A stretch of DNA of 64,000 bases from an uncultured Methanosarcinales archaeon (GCA_964637115.1 CAZWVL010000001.1:64001-128000), one strand, 5' to 3'. Counted from the stretch's first letter, positions 36,895-46,509 are shown. The notes: generated by a model not told the origin, from the letters alone. A program made the numbers and translations.

Positions 36895-37740
36895 ATGCGC
36901 TACCTGTTATTGTTCATTCTTCTTGCATCAATTGTACAGGCACTCCCGCAGCCATCAGGCTGGGTGAATGACTATGCAAACATACTTTCTCTTGATGAAA
37001 AAATGCAGTTAAATTCGCTCATTGACTCGATTGAGAAGAATACGACAGCAGAAATTGCAATCGTAACAGTGTTGAGCCTTGAAGGCAAGCCAGTAGAAGA
37101 AGTTGCGCTCAATTACATGTCAGAATGGGGTATTGGGAAAGAGAAAAATGACAATGGAATTGTAATCCTGGTATCGCCCACAGAACGCCTATATAGAATA
37201 GAGGTCGGCTATGGAGCAGAAGGCGTCATTACAGACGCGCGGGCAGGAAGAATAGGAAGAGAAATACTTGCGCTCTATTTCAAGGAAGGAAAGTACGGCG
37301 ATGGATTATACATTGCAGTGGAAGAGATAGGAGGATTATTGCGGCAGGATCCGAGCATAATGGCAGAATACACTCCGCGAAAGGAGTTTTTCAACATACT
37401 TGCGCCGTGGATATTTTTCCTTGGGTTTTTCATCACAATGGTCATCGCGCGTATCTCAGCACACCAGAAGAAAAAGCAATTCAGGACTTACTGCATATCT
37501 GAAGGAATATTTGTACTAATACTCATCATTATCGGCATCTGGGTGCCGCACATAGCGTTTATTCTTGCAGCGCCATTCTTTCTAATTATAGGACTTATCG
37601 CATACGCTGCGGCAATAGCGCGCGGCAAACAATTCCACGGCTGGATACCGATTGGAGGGCATTTAGGAGGGCGCCCAGGAGGCTTTGGAGGATTTGGAGG
37701 AGGAACAGGAGGAGGCGGCGGGGCGAGTGGAGGATGGTAG
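36895..37740 (+). CDS. TPM-domain (YgcG-like) membrane protein
   Basis: WVNDYANIL, AEIAIVTV, WGIGKEKNDNGIVILV, RIEVGYGAEG; C-terminal GFGGFGGG.GGGGASGGW. Confidence 0.9.
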   Translation: MRYLLLFILLASIVQALPQPSGWVNDYANILSLDEKMQLNSLIDSIEKNTTAEIAIVTVLSLEGKPVEEVALNYMSEWGIGKEKNDNGIVILVSPTERLYRIEVGYGAEGVITDARAGRIGREILALYFKEGKYGDGLYIAVEEIGGLLRQDPSIMAEYTPRKEFFNILAPWIFFLGFFITMVIARISAHQKKKQFRTYCISEGIFVLILIIIGIWVPHIAFILAAPFFLIIGLIAYAAAIARGKQFHGWIPIGGHLGGRPGGFGGFGGGTGGGGGASGGW

Positions 37741-37797
37741 CATTGTTAAGTGGTAACATCAGCAAGCTTTAAAAGGGCGACTTATTCTTTAGAATTT

Positions 37798-39966
37798 ATG
37801 GGCGGCGATGAAATCATAGTCAAAACCTTGGAAGAACTTCTTCTTCAGCTCACTCCGGAAGAAAGAGCAAAGGCCCTGCCAGAACTCAGGAAACTTGTTG
37901 ACAGAAGCATTGCGAAAGGAGAAACAGTGGTGCTTAAGGGCATAAGAACTGTTGATGTAAACTCAGAAAAAGAGAACCCTGCTGCCACCAATTATTACGT
38001 CATCAAGAGGGAAATAGGTAGAGGCGGAATGGGAATAGTTTACAAGGCTTATGATGCTGAACTCGAGCGCGAAGTTGCACTAAAAATTTTGAGAGGCAAA
38101 GACGAAGAAAGCATTAAACGTTTTGAAAAGGAGCGCAAGATAACTGCGCAACTCGACCACCCAAACTTTGCGCGCGTTCTAACGATCGGCGAAATGGACA
38201 CGCCTGATGGAAAAATGCCTTTCTACACAATGCCTTATATCGTAGGAGACAATCTTGCAGACTTCATCAAGTGGCGCGGAGCGCCTGGAGATAAAGGACA
38301 AAAATTGCGCAGCGAGTTCACGTTAGTTCGTTTGCTGGGAATGCAACAGCTGATTTGTCAGGCGATACAAAGCGCCCACGGCAAAGGCATAATGCACAGG
38401 GACCTAAAGCCAGCAAACATACTTGTTGGCCCATACGGCGAAGTTTATGTAGTTGATTTTGGCCTGACAAAAAGAATCAAGGAAGTCGAGAATGATTCAC
38501 GGTCCTTGGAAGCAAAGGTTGGAAGGGAACTTAAAGACGAACAGGACCTCACAGGTGACGCTGGAATGGGAACCCAGAATTACATGTCTCCGGAGCAGAT
38601 TCTGGAACCAAGAAAAGTAGACCATCGCGCAGACATTTTCGGACTTGGAGGAATACTATATTACATCTTGGCCGGAGAAATACCAAAATACATCGAGCCA
38701 AGCAAAAAAGAGGTTGAGGAATCTGGAGCAACTGGAGGATTTCTTTTGGCTCTATCTTCCTACAGAATCAGATTTACACTGGATAAATGCAAAATAATCC
38801 CTCCGAGTCAGGTTGTTGCAGAAAGACGCGAGAAACTGAAGGTAATCCAAGAAAGCGGTATTGGCGTCATAATGCCAGAACCGGTAGATCCGGCGCTTGA
38901 AGCAATTTGCATGAAAGCACTGAGAAAAAATCCAGAAGAAAGATACCAATCCTGCAGGGAGATGTGGGAGGCGCTGCAACAATTCATCGAAGGCAAACCA
39001 GAAATGATTCTTGAGAACGAAGCCAAAGAACTGACAAAGGTCATGTCCAAGCAAAACCTGGACAAAACACTTGAGAATCTGGAAATGGCAGAAGTAAAAG
39101 TCCAAGAAGCAATCAACAAGCTGGAAAGAATAAAACGTATGGCGCTGGAAGAAAAGCTGAAAATGATAGATCTGCAGATCCTAAAAGCACGAGTTTACGA
39201 CCAGCGCGGACTAAGCGGCCTGATTGTCGAAACCATAGAAAAAGCAAAAACCCTGATAGAAGCGCCACTTAACATTACACAACGGCAATACATACGATTG
39301 CTGATCATGGAAGGGCTCGCAAAATTCAACCAGAAAACCTATGATGAAGCAAAGGAAATACAATTGAAAGCCATAGAGTTGTGCAAATCGCACCCGGAGA
39401 AAAAACTTTTGGTATCAGCGTACCACAATTACGCCATGGCGTGCCTGTATGATTTCAGCAGGAGACAGGATATGGCTGATTTCAACAATGCAAAGCATGC
39501 ATTTGGTGAGTGTTACAAACTCGCAGACCAGCTTACAGATGTTTTTAATGCAGTACACGCACGAACTATGCTGGCCAATTTGCTTCTTGAAAAAAATGAA
39601 TATCGGGAAGAAGTAAAGTCAACCTTGGAAACAGCCTTAAAGATTGCTGCGGGCGATAATTCGCTTACCGCAGAAGTTCATACGTTGCTGAGCTGGTATT
39701 ATTTCAAACAAAACAGCTATCACGAAACGATAACACATGGCGAATTGGCAGTTTCCCTTGCTGATAAGACAGACAACCAGATAAACCTGAACGAATCACG
39801 GCTCGCACTCGGGCAGGCATACCATCACCTTGGCAATGCTGAGAAGCGCATCCAAAACTTGAAGCCGGTGCTATCCTTCAAGTATGCCCGCGAGCCCTTG
39901 TCGTACGAAGATGCCATAAAGGAATTCTACGCGAAGAACAATTTGGATATAACGGAGCTTGATTAG
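37798..39966 (+). CDS. Hanks-type Ser/Thr protein kinase with C-terminal TPR repeats
   Basis: IGRGGMGIVY, VALK, HRDLKPANI, DFG, GTQNYMSPEQ, DIFGLG, ERY; TPR-like helices after residue about 420. ATG 37798 preferred over GTG 37750 because tttaaaag lies about 25 nt upstream. Confidence 0.9.
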   Translation: MGGDEIIVKTLEELLLQLTPEERAKALPELRKLVDRSIAKGETVVLKGIRTVDVNSEKENPAATNYYVIKREIGRGGMGIVYKAYDAELEREVALKILRGKDEESIKRFEKERKITAQLDHPNFARVLTIGEMDTPDGKMPFYTMPYIVGDNLADFIKWRGAPGDKGQKLRSEFTLVRLLGMQQLICQAIQSAHGKGIMHRDLKPANILVGPYGEVYVVDFGLTKRIKEVENDSRSLEAKVGRELKDEQDLTGDAGMGTQNYMSPEQILEPRKVDHRADIFGLGGILYYILAGEIPKYIEPSKKEVEESGATGGFLLALSSYRIRFTLDKCKIIPPSQVVAERREKLKVIQESGIGVIMPEPVDPALEAICMKALRKNPEERYQSCREMWEALQQFIEGKPEMILENEAKELTKVMSKQNLDKTLENLEMAEVKVQEAINKLERIKRMALEEKLKMIDLQILKARVYDQRGLSGLIVETIEKAKTLIEAPLNITQRQYIRLLIMEGLAKFNQKTYDEAKEIQLKAIELCKSHPEKKLLVSAYHNYAMACLYDFSRRQDMADFNNAKHAFGECYKLADQLTDVFNAVHARTMLANLLLEKNEYREEVKSTLETALKIAAGDNSLTAEVHTLLSWYYFKQNSYHETITHGELAVSLADKTDNQINLNESRLALGQAYHHLGNAEKRIQNLKPVLSFKYAREPLSYEDAIKEFYAKNNLDITELD

Positions 39967-39973
39967 TACATAC

Positions 39974-39987
39974 AAAAGATTTATATA
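39974..39987 (+). promoter_or_regulatory. Archaeal BRE-TATA promoter
   Basis: aaaagatttatata upstream of an SD (gaggtg, 40028-33) and ATG 40040. Confidence 0.55.
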
Positions 39988-40039
39988 GGAGTAGGATACC
40001 TTTTTGTATACTAGTGTAGAGATAAAAGAGGTGCTTACT

Positions 40040-40594
40040 ATGAGAAAAGGAAGTGCATTGATTCTGACTATCGTTTTGGCGGTTGCCGTTGTCGGCCTGG
40101 CGTTTATTTTTGCAAATAAAATGGAAACGCCAACCGGGTATACTATAGGAGGCGGCGGCAGCATTCCAGCGCTCTATTTAGATCCGAACTTAAAGGCAGG
40201 CGGTGGACAAGCTATTGGTTACAACCCTTCTGCTCAGGGCGCACTTGCTAACGCCATAAAGCAGTGCTGCGAATTGCTCTGCATGCAAGTCCAGATACCC
40301 ATGGGCAACTGCATTGGAAGTTGTATGAGTGTAAAAGCAGACTTTGACATGAACGGTGTTATCGACTGTGCAGAGGGAACTCCTGAGCCAACAGAAACGC
40401 CCGCACCTACGGAAACGCCTACAACTGTTCCAACTCAGGTGCCAACGCCTACAACAGTTCCGACTCAAGTACCAACGCCTACAACAGTTCCGACTCCATG
40501 CGCTGGAGGATTCGAAAGTTGCAATGAGTTTGCGGATCCCCCGGTCCTGTGTTGCGCCGGCTTTACATGCATTGAAGGACAGTGCTTCACGTAA
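40040..40594 (+). CDS. Small secreted/anchored Cys-rich protein with Pro/Thr stalk and C-terminal knottin-like module
   Basis: MRKG followed by a hydrophobic segment; CC...C...C...C bundle; DFDMNGVIDC Ca-loop-like motif; (TPTTVPTQVP)n; C-x6-C-x9-CC-x4-C-x4-C tip. Confidence 0.75.
   Translation: MRKGSALILTIVLAVAVVGLAFIFANKMETPTGYTIGGGGSIPALYLDPNLKAGGGQAIGYNPSAQGALANAIKQCCELLCMQVQIPMGNCIGSCMSVKADFDMNGVIDCAEGTPEPTETPAPTETPTTVPTQVPTPTTVPTQVPTPTTVPTPCAGGFESCNEFADPPVLCCAGFTCIEGQCFT
40415..40498 (+). repeat. 30-bp tandem repeat, about 2.8 copies (TPTTVPTQVP)
   Basis: acgcctacaactgttccaactcaggtgcca / acgcctacaacagttccgactcaagtacca / acgcctacaacagttccgactcca. Confidence 0.85.
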
Positions 40595-40616
40595 GATTAC
40601 ATTAAGTCTTCGTGAG

Positions 40617-40636
40617 TTTTTTCTTTTTTCTTTCTT
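40617..40636 (+). terminator. Probable oligo-T terminator
   Basis: ttttttcttttttctttctt between convergent genes. Confidence 0.45.
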
Positions 40637-40652
40637 GTGGTCCAAAGATTTT

Positions 40653-41771
40653 TCAGTCCTTAAAATACAGAGTTAGATTTGCTTCCATATTGTATAATTT
40701 GTGCCTTGCGGCTGAAAAACAGACCTCTTTCTTTTCTTCTTCAAGCTGATCGCACACTGCTGCTGTTTTGTCTGAGGCGTATTTTCCCATGTACTGCATG
40801 GCTCCCTCGATGCACATGATTTGTTCTTCTTCAGAACCGTGCGAGCAAACTTTCTGAATGCTTATGGTATTTGAAGAAATAAAGCCAGAGTAAGCATTTC
40901 CAATCCCATGAAAACAGCCATGCCTGAATTTCCCATTCAGCTGTTCGCATTCCTGGGCCAGAGCTTGGAGTACACCTTCCAAATCTTTACCTTGGAGATA
41001 GTACCGTGTAGCCACAAGACCTACTTTGCCACGGGCGCATGCGGCAGGATGGTCAAAGGTATCGCACGGATAGAAAAGACTCTTTGTTTTCGCATCCTCT
41101 TTGTCATGCTCTACAGTATACTCCATATAGCCTCCACTTGCACAATAGTATTCCATTTTTTTGTCATCAAACTCAGCACATCCTTTAAGCGCTTCTGCAA
41201 TGTCATAACCCGATAAAAACATAATCGCATGACCAACTCCATGGGCGCATTCTCCAGGGCCATATGAAGTCGTCATTTCTGAATTATTAAAGCAGATTTC
41301 TTTCATCAGCGGTTTTAGCTTATCTAAATCAATGTGGCCTTCTTCATCGGACTGTGCGCCTGTAAATGCTTCCATGAGAACGCCGTGCATGCATCCTGTA
41401 AGACATTTGTTGCTGCAAATACGCAGGCTTTGTTCGATGTTCTGTTTTTTTGCAAAAATTATCTTGCCAAGATCATGCGCTTCTATGTGGCATTTTGGCC
41501 AAAGCGTTTCGATTCCTGACAAAATACCATTCGCACCAATAACGTCGATGTATTCTTCGTACAATGAGCGCTGGTTTTTAGTCATATTTTTCAGCTTTTC
41601 CACAAACTCTGCCTGTTGCTTTTGCATCGTGCTTGGCTCAACGAAAAACGGCAGTTTATCGGTTTGCTCCAATAGCTGTGTGCTCTGATTTTCCAAAGCA
41701 ATACTGCCGGTTGGACTACGACAGGCGATAAGAAACAGAATAACAACCCACCCTTTGCACATGAAGCCCAT
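40653..41771 (-). CDS. Putative lipoprotein with repeated C-x-H-G / C-H-x3-H motifs
   Basis: Lipobox-like LFLIAC; CHIEAH, GCMHG, CAHGVGH, CASGGYME, CFHGIG, CIEG repeats. Confidence 0.7.
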   Translation of the reverse strand: MGFMCKGWVVILFLIACRSPTGSIALENQSTQLLEQTDKLPFFVEPSTMQKQQAEFVEKLKNMTKNQRSLYEEYIDVIGANGILSGIETLWPKCHIEAHDLGKIIFAKKQNIEQSLRICSNKCLTGCMHGVLMEAFTGAQSDEEGHIDLDKLKPLMKEICFNNSEMTTSYGPGECAHGVGHAIMFLSGYDIAEALKGCAEFDDKKMEYYCASGGYMEYTVEHDKEDAKTKSLFYPCDTFDHPAACARGKVGLVATRYYLQGKDLEGVLQALAQECEQLNGKFRHGCFHGIGNAYSGFISSNTISIQKVCSHGSEEEQIMCIEGAMQYMGKYASDKTAAVCDQLEEEKKEVCFSAARHKLYNMEANLTLYFKD

Positions 41772-41850
41772 TTGGATAGCTTTTGCTTGTTACCTTAAAA
41801 AATTTGCTTTAGGAGTAAGCTTTTTAAGCACGCGATACAGAACAGACGCT

Positions 41851-42423
41851 ATGGCATTCAAAATGAAAGCATGGATGTGGATTTTATTAATAATCATTAT
41901 TCTCGGCATCTGGTTCTTTTCAAGCTACAACGGACTAGTAAAAAGAGAAATAGCAGTTGACAAAGCGTGGTCAGACATTGAAGTCCAGTATCAAAGAAGA
42001 TTTGACTTGATTCCTAATTTGGTTAATACAGTGAAAGGCTACGCAGGATTTGAAGAACGCGTTATTACTGCAGTTACTGAAGCACGAAGTAGATGGCAAG
42101 GAGCGGTATCTGCAGGCAATACCAATGAGGCAGTTGCAGCAGCAGGACAATTTGAAGGCGCATTATCAAGATTAATTGCAGTTGCAGAGAACTATCCAGA
42201 CTTGAAAGCTTCACAAACATACCTTTCCTTAATGGATGAATTAGCCGGCACTGAAAATAGGGTGGCTGTAGCAAGAACAAGATACAATGAAGCATCAGCA
42301 GACTACAACTATGCAATTAGAAGAATTCCAACAAGCATCGTTGCAGGTATGTTCGGCTTTGAAAAGAAAACACTATTTGAAGCAAAACAAGGCGCAGAAG
42401 AAGTGCCAGTAGTAAAAGTATAA
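41851..42423 (+). CDS. lemA: LemA family protein
   Basis: SYNGLV...AWSDIEVQYQRRFDLIPNLVNTVKGY...AVAENYPDLKA...ENRVAVAR..YN; start moved to ATG 41851/41863. Confidence 0.93.
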   Translation: MAFKMKAWMWILLIIIILGIWFFSSYNGLVKREIAVDKAWSDIEVQYQRRFDLIPNLVNTVKGYAGFEERVITAVTEARSRWQGAVSAGNTNEAVAAAGQFEGALSRLIAVAENYPDLKASQTYLSLMDELAGTENRVAVARTRYNEASADYNYAIRRIPTSIVAGMFGFEKKTLFEAKQGAEEVPVVKV

Positions 42424-42448
42424 ATACGAGTTCTTTTTTGCTTCCAAT

Positions 42449-42970
42449 ATGAGTGAAAGACAAGGATTACTTCCGTGGCCAAGCGATGGCATTTGTGATA
42501 AAGTTTCTGCTGCAATGCCACATTCTGAGTACATCCGTGAACAGTTTATTTTCATGGCACAACACAATCGTGTCGTTGCAAGCGAATTGGAACTAACATC
42601 CCGCTTTTTCGAAGAATTCGGAGACTATTGTGGCGAGATGCACTTGTTTGCAGGCCTGCAAACGCACCTTATGCTATACCTTGCATCACAAGAAAACAAG
42701 CAAAAGCTTCCATTCGCAAACCGATCAATCGTTGAAGTTATTGAACACAGCCTTGAAGAAGCTGACGATTATGTCAAGGAAACGTTCGAACGCCTCAAAG
42801 AAGACAACCCTCCTGTTCACGGCTATCTTCACGAGTTATGCAAGTCAAGAGATGCGATAAAAAACGGGCCGGCTGCCATGAAAGCAATCAAAAGCGGAGG
42901 AATATTCGTTTATTCAATGCTTGAATTGCAGGCAGAAGCAGACAAGCTAGGAAAACAGTTAAAGCAGTAA
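42449..42970 (+). CDS. Hypothetical protein (173 aa)
   Basis: Gap-filling ORF with genome-typical codon bias. Confidence 0.6.
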   Translation: MSERQGLLPWPSDGICDKVSAAMPHSEYIREQFIFMAQHNRVVASELELTSRFFEEFGDYCGEMHLFAGLQTHLMLYLASQENKQKLPFANRSIVEVIEHSLEEADDYVKETFERLKEDNPPVHGYLHELCKSRDAIKNGPAAMKAIKSGGIFVYSMLELQAEADKLGKQLKQ

Positions 42971-43002
42971 ATTTTATATCTTGCACACGCTTTCTAGCCT
43001 TC

Positions 43003-43335
43003 ATGAACGTCAGAGTATTAACCTGGAACAAACCGCGCGTGCCGACAGAAGAAGAACTGCGCGTGCAAATGGTAAAAGAAGGCATGAATCCGGTTGTTGA
43101 AGTCATGGACAAAAATGAGTTTACGGAAGTCCACTCGCACAAAACAGACGAAACACGCATATTAGTCAAAGGAAGCGTAGAATTCTGCGCAGAAGGAAGA
43201 AGCTATGTTTTGAAACCAGGAGACAGGATAGACTTGGAAGCAAATACGGCACATACAGCAAAGAATCTGGAAAGAGGGCAGTCAGTGATGCTTTGTTCTA
43301 CCAAAGGAAAGACGGTTGCGATAGAAATTTACTGA
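43003..43335 (+). CDS. Cupin-domain protein
   Basis: HSHKTDETRILVKG...LKPGDRIDLEANTAH cupin motifs. Confidence 0.85.
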   Translation: MNVRVLTWNKPRVPTEEELRVQMVKEGMNPVVEVMDKNEFTEVHSHKTDETRILVKGSVEFCAEGRSYVLKPGDRIDLEANTAHTAKNLERGQSVMLCSTKGKTVAIEIY

Positions 43336-44441
43336 TACGTTTCTCTGAGCGCCTTTAAAACAAACTCATCGGGAACTTCGGTTGCATACCCTCCTTTAAA
43401 ATCACACATTTCCCCAATATGTTTTGCCAGCGCGTATCGAGCTTTTCCCTGACGCGCCTTTTTGTCAAGTATTGTTGCCTTTTTAAGTTCGTCAATAGAA
43501 ATTTCTGAATGAATTGTTGTCGGCTGACCAAAACGCTTCAACAACACTTCCTCGCGTGCCAATTCTTCCAGCGAGAAAAAGCCCATTTCAATAGCCATCC
43601 TGCCCTCGGCCTGCAGTCCAATGGAAACCGCTTCACCGTGCATCAGATTTCCATATTTCCTTTGTTCCAGCACGTGCCCCACAGTGTGCCCATGATTCAG
43701 TATTTGTCGCAACGCCGTTTCTTCTGGATCAAGCTCGACAACTGTTCCCTTAATGATCGCATTCTCCTTTGCACAATAGATTAAAGTTTCACGATCTTTT
43801 GCAAGAATCTTGTCAACATTCTGTTCCAAAAAGCCAAAAAAGTCAGCACTCCTGATAACTCCGTGCTTAACCCATTCCGCAATACCTTCACGATAGGAGC
43901 GCTCAGGCAGTGTTTCAAGCGTTGCAACATCAACGTAAATTCTTTTCGGCTGCTGAATCTGGCCATACCTGTTTTTTGCCTTTTTCGAATTGACTCCGGT
44001 CTTGCCCCCAATGGCTGCATCAGCCTGCGCAGCAGTTGATGTTGGGAACAATACGCAAGGCACTCCACGCGCATATGTAGCTGCCAGAAAACCGCCTAGG
44101 TCAGTAACCACACCTCCACCAACGCAGCAAACAACAGAATCTCTTCCAAAGCCCTCAGCGTCCATCTGATCGCCGATAGTCTCGTATGTCGCCAGCTGCT
44201 TATTTTCTTCTCCTGCAGGAAAATCAAAAATGTGCGCTTTAATACCCTCATTTCTCAAAGCAGAAGCCAACTTCTCGGCATACGGCTTTACATTTGAATC
44301 GGTTATGATAGCGTGCTTAAACCCATATTTCAGTTCTGCCAGCTCACGCGCGGCCCGCTCGAAAAGATTAACTCCAACAACAATGTCATAAGAATCCTTG
44401 CCCAGCTCCAGTCGCATGACGTCATCTTTGATTGTGACCAT
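43329..44441 (-). CDS. aroB: 3-dehydroquinate synthase (sugar-phosphate cyclase family)
   Basis: GGGVVTDLGGF, PTS..AQADAAIGGKTGVN, KN..G, LNHGHTVGH, HGEAV; start moved to ATG 44441. Confidence 0.88.
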   Translation of the reverse strand: MVTIKDDVMRLELGKDSYDIVVGVNLFERAARELAELKYGFKHAIITDSNVKPYAEKLASALRNEGIKAHIFDFPAGEENKQLATYETIGDQMDAEGFGRDSVVCCVGGGVVTDLGGFLAATYARGVPCVLFPTSTAAQADAAIGGKTGVNSKKAKNRYGQIQQPKRIYVDVATLETLPERSYREGIAEWVKHGVIRSADFFGFLEQNVDKILAKDRETLIYCAKENAIIKGTVVELDPEETALRQILNHGHTVGHVLEQRKYGNLMHGEAVSIGLQAEGRMAIEMGFFSLEELAREEVLLKRFGQPTTIHSEISIDELKKATILDKKARQGKARYALAKHIGEMCDFKGGYATEVPDEFVLKALRETYQ

Positions 44442-44511
44442 TCTGCTGACGATTTGAGCAACATTTATAAACATTTATCGACTTCAACGTAATGATTAAT
44501 GGGGTGAAAAT

Positions 44512-45105
44512 ATGATATACGAAGCAAAAAATTTTGACCATCTAATTGGAATTAAAGGTCTTTCTGACCAATTGATGAAAAACCATTTTACTTTGTATCA
44601 AGGGTACGTTACCAACACAAATAAGCTTGCAGATGCACTTTCTGCAATGGTTAAAGCAGGAAACGTTGCAACACCGGAATTTGCGGAATTAAAAAGAAGA
44701 TTTGGATGGGAGTTTAATGGAATGCGGTTGCACGAATTGTTCTTCAGATGCCTTTCAAAAGAACCCAAAGCAATTTCAGAAGGCAACCTCAAGAAAGCGC
44801 TTGTGCGTGAATTCGGTTCAGCAGAAAACTGGGAAAAAGAAATGAAAGCGATTTGCACAATGCGCGGTATAGGTTGGGGCGTATTGTATTATGATATTTC
44901 AACAGGAAGATTGTTTAATTGCTGGATAAACGAACACGATGTCGGGCATTTGGCAAGCTGTGCGCCGATACTTGTTATCGATGTGTTTGAACACGCATTC
45001 ATGATAGACTACGGCCTAAAGCGAGCAGATTACGTGGAGGCAGTATTCAAGGATGTCAACTGGGCAGAAGTGGAAAAACTCTTTGCGTTAGTCGGCGGCA
45101 AATGA
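44512..45105 (+). CDS. Fe/Mn superoxide dismutase family protein
   Basis: Ligands NHFTLY, LHELFF, DVFEHAF; GIGWGVL. Confidence 0.9.
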   Translation: MIYEAKNFDHLIGIKGLSDQLMKNHFTLYQGYVTNTNKLADALSAMVKAGNVATPEFAELKRRFGWEFNGMRLHELFFRCLSKEPKAISEGNLKKALVREFGSAENWEKEMKAICTMRGIGWGVLYYDISTGRLFNCWINEHDVGHLASCAPILVIDVFEHAFMIDYGLKRADYVEAVFKDVNWAEVEKLFALVGGK

Positions 45106-45623
45106 GAATAGCTGTTGGCAGCAAGAATCCCGTAAAAATAGCGGCAGTAGCGAATGTTGTTAAGAAAATATGGCCGGATGCGGAAGTAATTGGAATTGAG
45201 GTTGACCACGGCATGGGCATACAACCAAACTCAACAGAAGAAGGCATTTCCGGTGCTACAAAAAGAGCTGAACTGGCATTAAAAGAAGGAAATGCCGATA
45301 TCGGATTTGGGCTTGAAGGAAACACGCGTAATATTGAGTACGGCACGCTACTCGACGGCTGGGTGGTTGCAATCGGCAAACAAGGCAACAGGGGCATTGC
45401 CAACTCGGGAAGTATTTTACTGCCGGAAAAAGTAGCGGCAGAAGTCAGAAAGGGAAAAGAACTCGGTCCGGTCATGGACGAACTTATTGGCGAACATAAC
45501 ACAAAACAAAAAGAGGGAACAGTGGGAATATTGACAAAAGGAATGTTAACACGCACACAAGCGTTTGAGAACGGAGTAACGTGCGCATTAGCGCCATTCC
45601 TTAGCCCACAATATTATCAATGA
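45102..45623 (+). CDS. yjjX: Inosine/xanthosine triphosphatase (YjjX family)
   Basis: AVGSKNPVKI, QP...EE...GA..RA, GLEG, GKELGPVMD, QKEGTVGILT.G.LTR. Confidence 0.9.
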   Translation: MRIAVGSKNPVKIAAVANVVKKIWPDAEVIGIEVDHGMGIQPNSTEEGISGATKRAELALKEGNADIGFGLEGNTRNIEYGTLLDGWVVAIGKQGNRGIANSGSILLPEKVAAEVRKGKELGPVMDELIGEHNTKQKEGTVGILTKGMLTRTQAFENGVTCALAPFLSPQYYQ

Positions 45624-46114
45624 AACATAATCAAAAGCGAAATATTCTTTTTATTATGATGATATTGTGCGCGCTACTTGTAGCAGTTGCACTTTATACT
45701 TATTTTGCTTACGAAAAAGTAACGGCTTTGAAAAATCTGGACGTAAAGCTTGTCAGCATCCGCGCAGAAGAATTCAAGATAAATAGGTTCACTCTTGTAA
45801 TTGACTTGGATATTTACAATCCAAACGAAAAAGAAGTTTCTGTAGGAGATTTCACGGCACAGGCATATTCCAATGACGTTCTGCTGGCAACAGTTGACTT
45901 GCCGGCATTCAAAATTCCTTCACAACGCTCACACCCAACAGAATACCATCTTGGCATAAATTATATCGATGTAGGCTTTGCTTTACTGCAGGCACTCAAA
46001 GAAAAAAAGGTAACATGGCAAGTCAATGGAACATATTTTATACAACTGCCGCTTGGCGTAGCGTATCCATACACTTTTGACATAAAACGAGAATGGAACC
46101 CAAGCTCTTCATAG
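45620..46114 (+). CDS. LEA type 2 (WHy-like) domain protein with N-terminal TM
   Basis: TM followed by a beta-sandwich with the YNPN motif. Confidence 0.7.
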   Translation: MKHNQKRNILFIMMILCALLVAVALYTYFAYEKVTALKNLDVKLVSIRAEEFKINRFTLVIDLDIYNPNEKEVSVGDFTAQAYSNDVLLATVDLPAFKIPSQRSHPTEYHLGINYIDVGFALLQALKEKKVTWQVNGTYFIQLPLGVAYPYTFDIKREWNPSSS

Positions 46115-46509
46115 CACCAAAAGCATTCATCGTGCACAACGGAAAAGTGCTCATTCTTCGCGAATCTCCAAAATATGGCGCTGGGACGAATATCGGCAGG
46201 TATGATGTTGTTGGCGGCAGACTCAACCCTGGAGAAAAATGGGATGAAGGATTGTTGAGAGAAATCAAGGAAGAAACGGGATTATCTGTAAAGGTTGGAA
46301 AACCATTTGCGGTAGGCGAATGGCGGCCTGTGGTTAAGGGTGAGCAGTGGCATATTGTTGGCGTGTTCTTTGAATGCCATACAGAATCGCCAAATGTAAT
46401 TATGGACACGGAACACGATGAGCACCAGTGGATAAACCCAAAAGAATATCGGAAATACAACTTAATACCAAACTTGCACCCCATATTTGAGACTTTCTTA
46501 CACAAATAG
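46093..46509 (+). CDS. Nudix hydrolase
   Basis: Nudix box GGRLNPGEKWDEGLLREIKEETGL. Confidence 0.92.
   Translation: MEPKLFIAPKAFIVHNGKVLILRESPKYGAGTNIGRYDVVGGRLNPGEKWDEGLLREIKEETGLSVKVGKPFAVGEWRPVVKGEQWHIVGVFFECHTESPNVIMDTEHDEHQWINPKEYRKYNLIPNLHPIFETFLHK

Noticed and set aside
40415-40498. 30-bp tandem repeats as a possible CRISPR array
   Set aside because: No spacers, in-frame coding for TPTTVPTQVP, and no cas genes.
29247-41851. Upstream start codons in the ORF track (e.g. 29247, 29936, 33010, 33978, 37750, 40004, 41755)
   Set aside because: They overlap neighbouring genes or promoter TATA boxes; downstream ATG/GTG starts with SD or TATA spacing fit the families better.
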